Notes: generated by a model not told the origin, from the letters alone. A DNA stretch of 64,000 nucleotides from Massalongia carnosa (GCA_965645245.1 OZ287079.1:1426001-1490000), one strand, 5' to 3'; shown: positions 37,885 through 50,398, counted from the first letter of the stretch. Made by a program: numbers and translations.

Positions 37885-38906
37885 TGTCTTCCAGCTATAT
37901 TCCTTCCAGATCACGCGCGTGGGAGAGGTCTTGACAGTTGAATTGAGTGCTTATCAAACGGTTCAGCTTGCAGGCGGATAACGTTATCATGAGATATGAG
38001 GGAATGCAACGACATCGCGAGGTTGAAACGAAGACGGAATCATGCTTGGAAAAGGCATGCTGAGATGAGAGAACAGAAAGCTAAATCAAGCAGGACACTA
38101 CGAAGCTAAAAACGTGGCTAGATCATTTGCAGGTGAAGCAATGGCAGCAACTGTTTTGGTGCAAGCAAAGCATTGCGGTTCTATTGCCGTCAAATTCTCC
38201 CTCCTGCCTAAGGATGGACTGATGCGGGTTTTTCGTGTAACTGCATGGCCTTGATGCGTGAGGGATGCTGATGAATGATGGGTTAAAATAGACCTTTCGT
38301 GATTATATTCTGATTGGTTGAAGGGTGCTCGTGAACCTGGCACTTTTGGCCGGAGAGCGTGACACGTCAGGGGATGATAGGGCATGAGATGATGAGAGGG
38401 CATGTTCGACGATTTAGTTAGGGCTTGGGGGTGGGATGGGGTGGGGGCCGTGCTCATGATGCAGTCAAGAATGACCGAGTGTTACGCTATCGGCCAAATC
38501 ATCCGTGATATGTATGTCACTTCCCAACCGTTGCACTTCTACTATCCATGCTATCTACAGTGTATTCGACACTCGATAACACCGATTCGAAGTCGATCCA
38601 GTGCGGTAACAGGCGGACATACACTCAACAACGGGTCAAGAAAGGTGGTCGACGCTACATGATCATGAGTACGCGAACAATCAGTACTTCTCTGAGGCAG
38701 CAAGAGTGAGAATACCAAGATCCGTCATGCGCAATAGGATGGCGCTAAGAGTGATTGGTCAAGAGCCAGGAATTTAGTCGGTAGTGGATGTAGCATCAAA
38801 ACAAAACCTCGTTCGCGACAAATCAGCTCAACCGGCTAGTATTGTACCTTGATGTAAGGCCGATTTATTTTTGGAAAGGAAGTCCGTCATCCAGAGCCGA
38901 TTGTAT

Positions 38907-40237
38907 CACGCGGGGGACAAAAAAAACTACACCAAAATTTAACCGGGCTCAACTCCCACCCAAAACACAGGCAATTTACATACGATTTTGATGGGATAAT
39001 TATCATTATTATGAATTCTAAACATATCGAGACTCCTACCAAAGCTAAAAGTCAGGGAACCGTTGAATTTGCGAAAAGCAAGGCATTTCTTATCACAAAG
39101 AGGATGTTTTTCGCACATTTGATGTGGAACGTACGAGGGGGCTATGCATACCTGCGTGAAGGAGCCTCATCACGCCGTCATCATAATAATTCCGATGTTT
39201 CTGAGGCTCGTGGGCGTCACAAAATTGTTAGGCCTATATTGATTAGAGAAATGGAACGGCTATTGGAAGAAGAAGGTATGGAGGCGCGCGCTCTTACATG
39301 AGAGCAATTGGGCTTCGAAGTAGGCCTAGACTGCAGTGGCAAAACCATTCAATGAATCATGGGCACCATGGATTATCACAAATTCTTTGCGTGCAGAAAG
39401 GGATGGGTGAACGAGAAGACAAGAAAGCTTCGTATGAAGTGGTCAGATGCTATGCTTTCTAGATATCCAAATGCAGAAGACTGGAAACAAGTTCGATTTA
39501 GCGACGAATTGCACTTTGGATGGGGACCTCAGGGCAAATTACGCATCATACGAAGATTAGGTGAACGTTATTGTCATGATTGTATGCAAGAAGCAGATGA
39601 ACCAGACGAGGCCGTCAAGAAGAGACATCACTGTTGGGCTGCTGCAGGTCATGACTTCAAGTCAGATATCTACTTTTACAAAGTTCCTGGAAACTTCAAT
39701 GGAAAGATGAGTCAACGAGTCTATATCAACTCTATATTGGAGCCTATTGTGAAGCCCTGGATTGAAGCAAAACACGATTTCGTCTTAGGAGAAAGACGGT
39801 GATTCTGGACATGGACCAGGCAAATCAAACATTGTACGCACTTGGAAGCAGAACAACGATCTGAAGCACTATTTCAACTGTCCATGTTCACCTGATTTGG
39901 CCCCCATAGAAAATTGCTGCCAAGCCCCGAAGCAATATTTTAAAAAAAATATCCTCATTGGGATGATGATACGACCAAGGGGCTAATTTATGAGGGGTGG
40001 GCGAACGTTTCTCAGGCATTTATCAATGAACGGGTGTCTACTATGCCAGATAGATTGAGAGCTGTTTTGGATGGTGAGGATAAAATGACTGGTTATTGAA
40101 TAGATTGAATGAACTGGATGACTGATTGTTGAAATGGTGATTATCCCATCAAAATTGTATGTAAATTGCTTGTGTTTTGGTGGGGGGGTTGAACCCGGTT
40201 AAATTTTGGTGTGGTTTTTTTTTTTGTCCCCCGCGTG
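38907..40237 (+). mobile_element. Tc1/mariner DNA transposon (DD37E), about 100-bp TIRs, decayed transposase 39011-40099
   Basis: TIRs 38907-39007 and 40133-40237 (CACGCGGGGGACAAAA..). RFSDE, DGDSGHG, SPDLAPIEN with 37 residues between second D and E. Stops at 39299 and 39353; frameshifts near 39790 and 39945. Confidence 0.93.
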
Positions 40238-40613
40238 CCTGGGTACCTAGGTGAGTAACAGATACAGAAAGAGAGAATGAGAGACGGAAGGGAAGTTGTA
40301 CGGGCAAGGAGGGTAGGTACAGAGAAGAGAAAAATGGTGTATGTTCCATGTTATGCGCCGCACGCACGCATTATAGAATTTCCCACTCGGTGATACCAGC
40401 GGTGATGGTGGCCAAAAAGATCTGTAAACTAGGAGACACCAGGTTGCCCCATCCTCTCTCTTTATCGCTCTCTCGCTCTCTAGCTCCATGGAATGGTGGA
40501 TCCAGTAGCAAAGCTCGCCTTCCGCACGATCCTACGCCGAAAGGCAAAATGCTGCGGAGATAAGGGAACAGGAGAACAAAGACGAAAAAGAGTGAAGAAA
40601 AAGCCTTGAGGTT

Positions 40614-42230
40614 TTAAGCGCGATCGCTATTCCCGCGCCATCGATCTCGCACCCATCCGCTCAGGCCCCCACTGCCTCCGCCGCCTCCGCCGCTACCACC
40701 ACCGCTACCGCCGCCGCCACTGCTGCCCTCGCCGCCGTTCCTGCTTTCCCGCGCGCTTGAGCGCCGCCGATGATCTGAGTGGGGTCTGCTCGGTGGTTCT
40801 GCGTTTCTTAAAGTGGATGGAGAGAGCTGCGGCTGTGATGGCCAGGTAAATTGCATCGTACGCCGTCCATCAGAATCGGGAGTGGGCAACGACAGGAAGC
40901 TGTCATTTCTCGATGGCTGGCCGGGCGATCGAGGCGACGGGGTTTGTGAGCCCTCAACATCTTTAGGCATGATACCTTGCCTGCAGTGCGGACAGGTATC
41001 GTGTTCTTTGAGCCAAGCGCCTACGCACTCGCCATGGAACCAGTGACTGCAGGGTAGGACGGTAACTTCGTCTCCAATTTCAACATTGTCCATGCAGACG
41101 GAGCATTCAGCTTTGCCATCGCTGCCCATCATGCTCTTGTCGGCTTTCTTCTTGGGCAGCCGGCTGATGGCTTCGGCGGACGCGGGTCCAGGCGCCGAGC
41201 TGCCGTAGGTTTGCTCCATGAACTGGGTGATGACGCGGTCAAGTGCTTCTTCAGTATAGACGGCATCGCCGTGAGCTGCATTCGCGGGGTTGAGAAACTG
41301 GGCGAAGATGTGGTGATGGGCGCTGGCACCGTTTGGACCTGCGTTCATCTGTCCGTTTTGGTTCAAGCTATTAAGGCCTTGGATGAGGGTTCCGAGAAGT
41401 CTGGGCGCTGTCAGTTGGCGTAGAGGGTTATACCCACCGCGAGATGTAGCTTACTCATGCAGGTTTTCGATAGGCGCTTGCTGCGTTGCATTGTTTCCAT
41501 CTCGTGGCCATACTCGAGTTGTCGCTGTATACGTACTTCTCCCTGCTCCGAAGCCATGCCCAGGCAGGCCTTCTTGCAAAGGGCTTCCGGGAGCTGGCCC
41601 AGAGCCACGGTGTTCGTAGAGTGGAAATGAGGGTATTGAGCTTAAGCTTGGACTTCTAGTTGAAGATCGTAAGCTCCCGTTCTGACGGGTTGGGCCCCCT
41701 CCAAATGGTGATTGATGCTGCGCCCCTGAACCCCCCTCCATTATGAAGCTTTGGAAAAATGGCGCTAATGGATCGTTGATTCGTTGGCCCGCTTGACCCA
41801 TGCCTGGCCTTGAAGATCTATATGAAGTGTGAGAAAATCGAATGCCTGGTCCAGTGTTCCATTCTACATGCTCAATATCTCCCTCTTCTGGATCAGGCTC
41901 ATCCCGGCGCCACGGGTTATGGCTGTGAAGCGGGTGATGAGAAGGAAGCCTGTCTGCAGCGCCCTCATTGTCGTCATCTTCTTCGACCGTTCCTTGTCGC
42001 GGGTGACGCCCATGCACAATCTACATCCAAAGTAAGCGTATGAGCTATGATTTGTGTAACATGATGCCAGTTCCGGTGCAGTGATTTGGCCATCATTTTA
42101 GAACAGGTCGCAGGGATAAATTTACCTCTTCAACGAAATCGGAATGACACGTTGGACATTCTAGGCCACGGTCGTCTCGATTCCATTCATATTTGCATAT
42201 ATGGCAGAACAATACCTCCGGGTCCGCCAT
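40614..42230 (-). CDS. RING-H2 E3 ubiquitin ligase with N-terminal zinc ribbon (RNF126/RNF115-like)
   Basis: FCHICKYEW..CPTCHSDFVEE; HGDAVYTEEALDRVITQFME; CSVCMD..LPCSHWFHGECVGAWLKEHDTCPHCR; three exons. Confidence 0.9.
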
Positions 42231-44232
42231 GAGATAATTAGTGACACTGAATACGTGGAGAGTGTGCAGGCCGTTATTTCGTTTTAGAAGGCGATAGTGA
42301 GGGTTGGGATGTGGTAAGCCTGTCTTATCGATGAGGTCGGCTGATTCGGGCAAAGCGTTAAGTAAGCGGAAGCGTCAGAGTGGCGAGACGGCGCAGCTCT
42401 GGTGTGCCTGCTGCAAATGGAAGAATAATTAATAGATATCCTCGTGGTACGGAGTACTCTAAAGGGGATTAAGTCAAAATACCAGATAAGGCTTGGAATG
42501 TCGCAGGAACTGGGGGATGTGCACTGAACACTGAACCATTCAATTTAAGAAGGCGAAGTTCCTGATCAATCAGTCACATCAGTAAGTTTGGATGAAGCGA
42601 TGACGCATGCGGCGACAGTAGAATTTGAACTCACCGGCGCCTTTGCGGTAGGGGACAGAATGGAATGTTGAGTTCTAGAGAGTGCACCCAAATATCTTAG
42701 GGAACGATAAAAGTCCAACGTTGTGACAAATCTCGGCTTTGCTATGTACGGTACTTTAAAGGACCGAACAAACAAGTGACCAGCAACAGCAACAGCATCG
42801 AATCGTTTCTGCTTGCTTCCACATCTCCCTCTTTAGATCCAATCATATGTCTCATCCATCTTCACTACTGAACACGCTGATAGGTATTTTGTACAGAGTA
42901 CGAGACCGTGCCATCTCAGAACTGAGGTTTTGGAACCGGTTTCAAGTTTTTACGATCGATACAATTGGTAAAAGGTTAAAGTCAAAACCACAGTATGCTC
43001 TATTTAATTTAATATTCGCAGCATTGAAATCGAAAAATTGAAACCTTTGCGAAAATTTACATGTCACTTGCGGAAAATGTCACACTTGATTACCCGGACG
43101 ATAAATTTTTGATAGCACAATAAAACTTGCTGTCTATTTTTGCAATTGAATACAATTTCTAAGTGACATGATACCGTATATCATCATAAACTTACAGCAG
43201 GATTCGAAGGAACATGAGTTATCATGTCATGTTGCGATCGCAGAATTACTTCCGTATATACAATGTTATCTGTTTTTCCGTCATTTCGTTCCGGAAACAA
43301 CACACAATCGAGACACATCCGTAACTCGAGATAATGCCATATATAACTGACCATGAGTAAAAGGAGGAGCTCGCAAATCGACTCCTACCGTGCCCAATGA
43401 TTGACCTTGCGACTTGTTGACAGTCATAGCAAAGCACAATCGTATCGGAAATTGTTTGCGACTTACACCCGTTTGCAAAATGGTGTGCCGAACTTTGAAC
43501 CCCGAAACTGCGCAGTAAAAAAAATATATACGACAGAATTGGACCACACACCAGAATTTGGTGCAGTAGCTAATGGCCCTCCTCCCCTTCAGACACCCTT
43601 GTGCAGTCTGCAGCATAAATGATATGTAGTTTTTCATGTAGATCTTTATTCTTGCGACCTCGTAGTTTCAAAAGCAAACATGGGACGATCATTCAGCATC
43701 ATCAAACGCCAGGTTATAAAGTTCAGACTGGAATCGGGTGAAGAGAATAACACGATCATAACTGCTACTGGTATCAGCATCAGACAACTACGTAAGATGA
43801 GACGTAATTGGGAACGGTTCAATGAGGTTGCAAAACCTCAGCTTGCTGCTGGCCGGCGCAAGAAACTGAATCAACAACAGATCGATCAACTATGTACTCG
43901 TGTATCTGGATCAGAGACCTACCTCTTATTTAGACAAGATGTGCTGGTTTTTGTATGATCAATTCGACGTCTTGATGAGCGAGTCCACGGTTTCTCGAGC
44001 TCTTAAGCAGATGGCCTGGAATCGAAAGATGGCCAATTTTATAGCACAACAACGCAACCAATCTTTGCGTGATCAGTGGATGATTAGACTGAGAGGATGG
44101 AGGGCTGATCAGTTGATTTTTCTAGACGAAAGCGCTGCATGCGAGCGTACTGGTCAGTACTATTTGAAGAACTTCAGTTTCTTTGCTAATTGTTATTACT
44201 TTAGGTGATCGTCGATATAGATGGGCCGCAAC

Positions 44233-44466
44233 TGTTAAATGGTGAGGCTACCATCGGTTAGATGGGCAGACTACCACCAGTATAGGCATCCATCGTGAGT
44301 CCCACGGGTGCCTAAAAGGCAGCTATGGGAGGCCTAAAGCATGTGACTGCTTTTTGTGACTGCTTTTTGTGACTGCTATAAAAGCAGGTAGATAGCCCAC
44401 ATAGATAATTACCTTCAATGACAATCATGCTATTATACCTACAATGTGAATCCATCATATTCATCA
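44233..44466 (+). mobile_element. Probable solo LTR inside the Tc1 transposase
   Basis: TGTTAAAT...ATTCATCA termini; flanks CGCAAC / CGCAC (TSD with one indel); internal TATAAAA and 3x TGTGACTGCT; removal restores WAAPGIKP. Confidence 0.6.
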
Positions 44467-44789
44467 CGCACCAGGAATCAAACCGACCATGATTCAAAGC
44501 GCTCAAACGCTCTAAGAGATGGAGTATATTATCAGCTTTCATCGTCGACGGTTTCATAGCTTGAGAGGTGCATCATGACTCTATAACATCAGATATTCTA
44601 AATGAATTCGTCAGGCTCAAGGTTTTACCATACTGCGCTGGAGGTAATGGTCCTCGTTCGGTTTGATTATGGATAATGCCTCTATTCATTGGAGTGAAGA
44701 ACTGAGGATCATGTGTCAGGATGTAAATGTTTTGCTGTTCATTCGCCTCCGCATTCACCCGATTTTAATTCAATAGAGACTTCATTCTC

Positions 44790-44916
44790 TATGAAAAGGG
44801 GTCGCCGGAAAGTCTTCAATGTGGCTGCTATATAATGAGTAGATAGCTCACATATAATCCACACCTTCAATGACAATCATGCTATTATATCTACAAAGTA
44901 AAGCTATATTTTCATA
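44790..44916 (+). mobile_element. Short LTR-like insert related to 44233-44466
   Basis: Shares ACCTTCAATGACAATCATGCTATTATA with the first insert; terminal IR TATGAAAA/TTTTCATA; separates IETSFS from ALQAI. Confidence 0.5.
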
Positions 44917-45012
44917 GCACTGCAGGCTATAAGTGAAGATGTTTCACATGATGCAGGTGCATTGTTTCGACAGTCTGGTATTGAATATAATTCATAAAAA
45001 TCAATTTTCTCA

Positions 45013-45474
45013 TCAGCTGCTGTCTTCCGTATCATCCTCCTCATTCTCCTCCTCCTCCTGATTGTCCTCCTCCTCCTCCTCCTTCTTCTCCTCCCCATCC
45101 TCGTCTAGGTCCTCCTCCTTCTTCTCTCTCCTCCTCGTCATTAAAAGCCTTTTATGTAGTCCTAGTAGATAGTGGACAAATATTCCTTGGCTCGGGAAGA
45201 GGAGACGAGGAGGTAAAGGCGAAGCCGAAGGAGAAGCTGGAGGATATGGTGAAGGTGGACGTGATAGAAGATCAGGAATACGGGCCGGAGAGGAAGGTTC
45301 TATAGTCGGGTTCAAAGTGTTTAAAACTGGTGATGATGATTTAGGAGGATTGATTCTAAGCCTTTGTTTGGATGGAGGTGCTGAGTTCCTAGGCAATTCA
45401 GTAGTAGATGCCCGTTTTCTGGGTTGTTTGGAGGGCTGTTTTGGAGGCTGTTTAGGAGGCTGTTTTCGAGGCAT
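45013..45474 (-). CDS. Accessory ORF inside the Tc1 element (basic repeat N-terminus, Pro/Ser middle, acidic tail)
   Basis: ATG-started 153-aa ORF MPRKQPPKQPPKQPSKQPRKR..EEEEEDNQEEEENEEDD, convergent with the transposase and lying between the TIRs. Confidence 0.55.
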   Translation of the reverse strand: MPRKQPPKQPPKQPSKQPRKRASTTELPRNSAPPSKQRLRINPPKSSSPVLNTLNPTIEPSSPARIPDLLSRPPSPYPPASPSASPLPPRLLFPSQGIFVHYLLGLHKRLLMTRRREKKEEDLDEDGEEKKEEEEEDNQEEEENEEDDTEDSS

Positions 45475-48400
45475 GATGACTGGAATAACTACGTTGAAAG
45501 TTCATACAAACGACAATCGAAAGGATATCATTAACCGCACTATCCTATAGACTGCAAAAGGCGGTCTGAAGGGGAGGAGGGCCATTAGCTACTGCACTAA
45601 ATTCTGGTGTGTGGTCCAATTCTGTCGCTTTTTTTTTTTACCGCGCAGTTTCGGGGTTCAAAGTTCGGCACACCATTTTGCAAACGGGTGTATGATCCAG
45701 GGCAACTCGCCTTCCGTGGTATTAAGAAGAATCCGGGGAATTAATCGCGTTTCACCGTTGAATCCTCCTCCCAAAATCTTTCCCTCTAGATAGGTCCGCG
45801 AAATGTGAGTAAGACGTAATCGGGTGCCGTTATAGAGACCAAGTTTGGGATACAAATTCCGCAACAAAATAATTGGAGCTCCAAGTTTTAGTTGCAATGT
45901 GAAGGCGGTAAAGATAATGTTTGCAAGGTTTGTAAAAACTCGGGAGGAAGAAAGTCTCCTCGTTCCTGCGCCGTATCGTTCTCTATTTGATCAACGGAAT
46001 TCAAGGTGTGCGAAGCGCCCTGCAATGTATTCAGTACTGCACCGTTTAACTCCGAGACGATATCGTTTCGCAAAGTCAAAATTGCTCGACTTGCGAAAAA
46101 ATCCGCATCCAGATGAGCTTGCCGCATGCGATCCGAAGGAAAAACGGTGTCCACGAAACTGTCTAAGTTGTTCAATTGATTGACTTGTTCCGGTAGCTGA
46201 ACACGACCGTAAAAAGCAGGATCATAAGACATTTTCCCGATCCAGTCCGCAAACGCCTCATTGGCGACTCCTTTACGAATTCGCATGTTTTGACGCAAAA
46301 ACAGTTTTTGAAATCGCGGCCACAGAAAGGTCCTTTGAATGTTCGCCGCAACGATGGCTTCCCGATTTCCACGGGGAACAACGGGCAGGATTTGAGCGAA
46401 ATCTCCGCCTAACACCATCGGAATACCTCCGAAAAGATCGTCGTTGCCTAAAAGATCCGTAAAAGTGCGATGTACGGCCATGAAGCATTGTTTGTGTTGC
46501 ATCGGCACCTCATCCCAAATGATTAATGCTGTGCGTTGCAAAAGACGGTGTAAATGCTTGTTGCGGGTGATATTACACATGTTGTCCTCATTTAAAATCA
46601 AAGGAATTTTAAAACGGGAATGTGAAGTCTGTCCGCCAGGAAGAAGTAAAGCCGCAATGCCGGAAGACGCAACGCAAAGAACGATTTTATTCTCCGCCCG
46701 AAAATGATTGCAAAGAGTCTTATACAAAAAAGTCTTACCTGTTCCTGCAGGTCCGTGAACAAAAAAATGCGCCGTTCTAGGATGATCTCTAACTCCCGCA
46801 ACAATGGTATCAAAACAGTATTTCTGATCCGCATTCAATTGAGTATATCGTTCATTTCGTAACGTCGTTGAAATCGTTGAAATCGTAAGTCATTTCATTT
46901 GCGATCAACGGATTTCCAGTACTCCGACCCCAATCGTACGTGAACAGCGGCATATTATAATCCTCTAACCTAAATCCGAAAGAACTCCGTTTAACAAATA
47001 AAGGCCGTAATCTAAATGCGGACTCATTAAATCGTCAGGAACATCAGTCATTGATCGTAATCGATGCGGTAAATCGTCACATATATCATTTGCGTATCGA
47101 TTCCATAAGGCCATGGGATCCGTAACACGACCGTGAACCAAAGCCGTTCCAAATAACGCCCGCAATGCGTGTCCAGAAGAAAATCGCACCACTTCCGCAA
47201 AGCAACTAAACCATTCCTGATCATCTTCCAACAGTCCTCGAGCACTGCAAGCGGCCTAAAATGTTGATTACATCACTCCGTCAACAGTGCGCAGATCCTC
47301 AAAGGACTGCGGTCCCGGAACAACCGTTAAAAGTATCCGCAAATAATATTTCTCACCCGCCATAGGACTGCGGACATAAATACGACCAACCGCAAATCCA
47401 CGTTGACGGGGTTGCCAGCATTTTTTCTTGGCTTCCCAAACTTGATACAACAACTCGCGGCCGTCCGCGTGGAGTCTGTTATAATTGAAAAATGCTATCA
47501 ACTTTGTAACGGATCGATTTAAGGTGTTATGCAAATCTATAATATCCGCATCCGCGCTGAAATATACGGACTGTTGATCCGGCAAATGAATCAGAAGATG
47601 GTAAACCGCAGGAAACTCCTCGTGCGAAGGATACTCCCATAACTGCCATGCGGCTTGAGTGGGACCGATATAACGACCGTTTAAATGTCTCGCGATTTCG
47701 TCGTCAAATCCGTCAATCTGCACAGTAGCTCGATCTGCGCCTTTGTAAATATATTTATGAATATATTTGACTGCTTTAACGGTCGCGCAGACCTCGACAT
47801 TAATATGAGCTTCATATTTGCGAGAAAGATACGGATTATACGGAACCACCCAGCGATTGTCGCAACGAAAAACCCGACCACCACTCATCGGAACCTCCCA
47901 GGTGCGACCATCATTGCGGCGACGATTTATCGGATAACCATCCTCTTCAACAACAGTTGTTTCCTGAAACGGGCAAGGATAACGCTTGGAACAGGTGGGA
48001 GACCCGGATTCGGTTTGCATACAGGACGCGGTAGGCATTGCAGCTCCGCAAGGACCGTGAACCATTTGTTTAATGATGATCTGTCTTAAACTTCCATCCG
48101 TATCAAGAGCAGGATCCGGCAGTTCGGCGGAAATTATTTGATCAATACGACCCGCATCCATAAAACGCTCATGCGGATGTAGAAATAACAGCAAATACAT
48201 ATGCGGTAATCCTCGTTTTTGATATTCGATGGTCCATACACATCCGCGAAATCGACCGAAAATGTTGTCCTTTTTCAATTCCTTCAACAAACTGCTCTGT
48301 CGCAGTCGAAAAGCGCGCGCCACAATGTCCGGTCGATCCGTTGCGGTTTGTCCAGGAAAGTCCTTTAATGCTTCCTTGATTTCCGGCCAGTTAGGATTTG

Positions 48401-50398
48401 CGGTAAACGTAATAAACAAATCCGGCCGCCCAAAATGACGAACCAAGGCCATACTGTCCTGAAAAAATTGCTGCATGAACCGATCTCCGCTCGTATATGT
48501 GGAAGGAAGAATAAATCGCTTTCCTAATGTCGCTGCAGAATCGACTTCATCCCGCCGCAAACTATCCGCGAGTCCGTTATACAGCTCCGCTCTGATCGTT
48601 TTTTGATTTTCACGTAATCATTGCAGTTTGTTAAGATCGCAACTGGCCCACGCATCAACTAAATATTGCTGAAAAAATCGCTGACAATGATGCATGATAG
48701 AGAATTCATTTCGACGGGTGTGCAAACGATATCTGTAAAACGCCCGTTGACATAAACGATCTCGTTCTCTTTCTCTAGCATTGGACCGAAGCCGCATACT
48801 CTAATCCCAGCCATGTTCGCCATGCGGAAATAAAAGACCGTAATGTAAAGGCATATAAGCCGCATGATTTTGATCAATCCGCTTCAAAGAAGTTCCCGTA
48901 ACTCCGGCAACACGTTCCGTCAAATTATATCGCGTTTGCAAGGTTCTCCGTATTCATCAGGAATAATACCGGCAATCTCGTCGCTGATGGGAAGATTACT
49001 GCGTCGTCGATCCGCCCCCGCTTTCATGATCAATCGCATTTGCGGATTGAGAACAATTCGCAGATCATCGGTTGTGGTCGCATTCTCTCGCAAAGCCTCG
49101 CTGGCGGTTTTGTAAAGCCTGATAAAGGGATTCATATTGTGCAACATTTCTGTTAAACGTCGTACAATGTCGGGATCCAATTCTGTATGTTGTCGAATAC
49201 GAATTGCGGTTGTTTCGTCGGGATCGTAAAAAAACAGTTGAGCAAAGCGAGGAGAATCGTCAACAGGATCCAAAGGACCTTGCAGGTGATACAGTTCTCC
49301 GTGAATTTGAAAACACACGGTCCACGACCGTTGCGAGGAAGTCGGCGATCGGGTTTGTAGTCTACGGAGGTGAACGTCAACGCGGAATTATATTTTCGGA
49401 GGTTTTTGCGAAATGCGCGGGATCTAACATCGTCATCAACAGTTGCCGTAAAAAATCAGGAGGCTGAAACGGTGGCAACACGACATCACCTCGCTTGCAA
49501 CAGGACTCGTATTCTCGATCGCGTCTTCTATAACCATGCGGAGCTTCGTCTTTGCAATGCCAGGCACCACAATGTCTACAATGATCATTCATGTGTTGAA
49601 TCTGTCTCATAGCGGACCTTAAATTATACTGACTTTTAAATGCCGCAGGTAAGTCACAATTGGCAACGACACGCTCACGACGGATTTAACGACTTATATC
49701 TCGCGACTCTCGACGATTAGCAGATGAAGAAACGGATCTAAGACTCGCATTTGAAGGAGATACATGTCTGGAAAACGATCTTACGGAATCGTCATTACGA
49801 TTACGAATGTTCTCGTTCTCTTCTGCTTCATTGAGCAGCATTTCTTCCCAAATATTTAGATTTTCCTGTTCGGAACGACCTTGAGACAATGAACTCGGTG
49901 ACAAAAAAGCGGACGATACGGGAGAAGAACTCGCCGCAGAATCATGAAGCGAAAGTTGCGAAGACGCAGAAGATACAACAGGACTTTTGGGAGGCGCAGG
50001 CGGACGTAAATAAAGACGAACGGGAGGTTTTGGAGGCCGTAAAATCAGACGGACGCGTTTCGCAGGTGGATTTTCTGGTTCATTCAAATCACTAAGCGGT
50101 CTGCGGGGAGAACCCGACTGTCGTATAGGAATGGGAAGTCGAGAAGTGATCTCCAGTCGTGGGAAGAAACTGATCGTAAAGACATGACTGTAATAACTGT
50201 AATTGTTGCAACTGTTAGATGAAGTTGTGAGAAGAAAACGGACACGGAATAAACTTAATTGAGACTTGAACTAAACCAAATCGAGGTTTTAGTGAAACGG
50301 TCCGGTACGGCGGTCGAGGCAAGAGGGAGTTTTTGGTCCTGTCCGCACGACGTCCTCTCCGCATTAAACGGTAATTCAGTACTATAGAGAAGAAGCAG

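Larger units (their letters stand above)
43466..45690 (+). mobile_element. Tc1/mariner DNA transposon with about 128-bp TIRs and TA TSD; intron-containing decayed transposase ~43680-44996
   Basis: TIRs 43466-43594 and 45564-45690 (CACCCGTTTGCAAAATGG..); TA at 43464-43465 and 45691-45692. HTH SESTVSRAL, IFLDES, IMDNASIH, PDFNSIETSFS. Intron 44153-44204. Confidence 0.95.
43230..50185 (-). mobile_element. Decayed Helitron RepHel (HUH Rep plus Pif1 helicase), split by a Tc1 insertion
   Basis: Rep motifs FITFTANPNW, EYQKRGLPHMY, YIHKYIYKG. Pif1 motifs [65 protein letters not shown]. Many stops and frameshifts; element termini not resolved. Confidence 0.93.

Noticed and set aside
44342..44380. Tandem TGTGACTGCTTTT repeats as a CRISPR-like array
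   Set aside because: No spacers, eukaryotic context, and located inside an LTR-like insert
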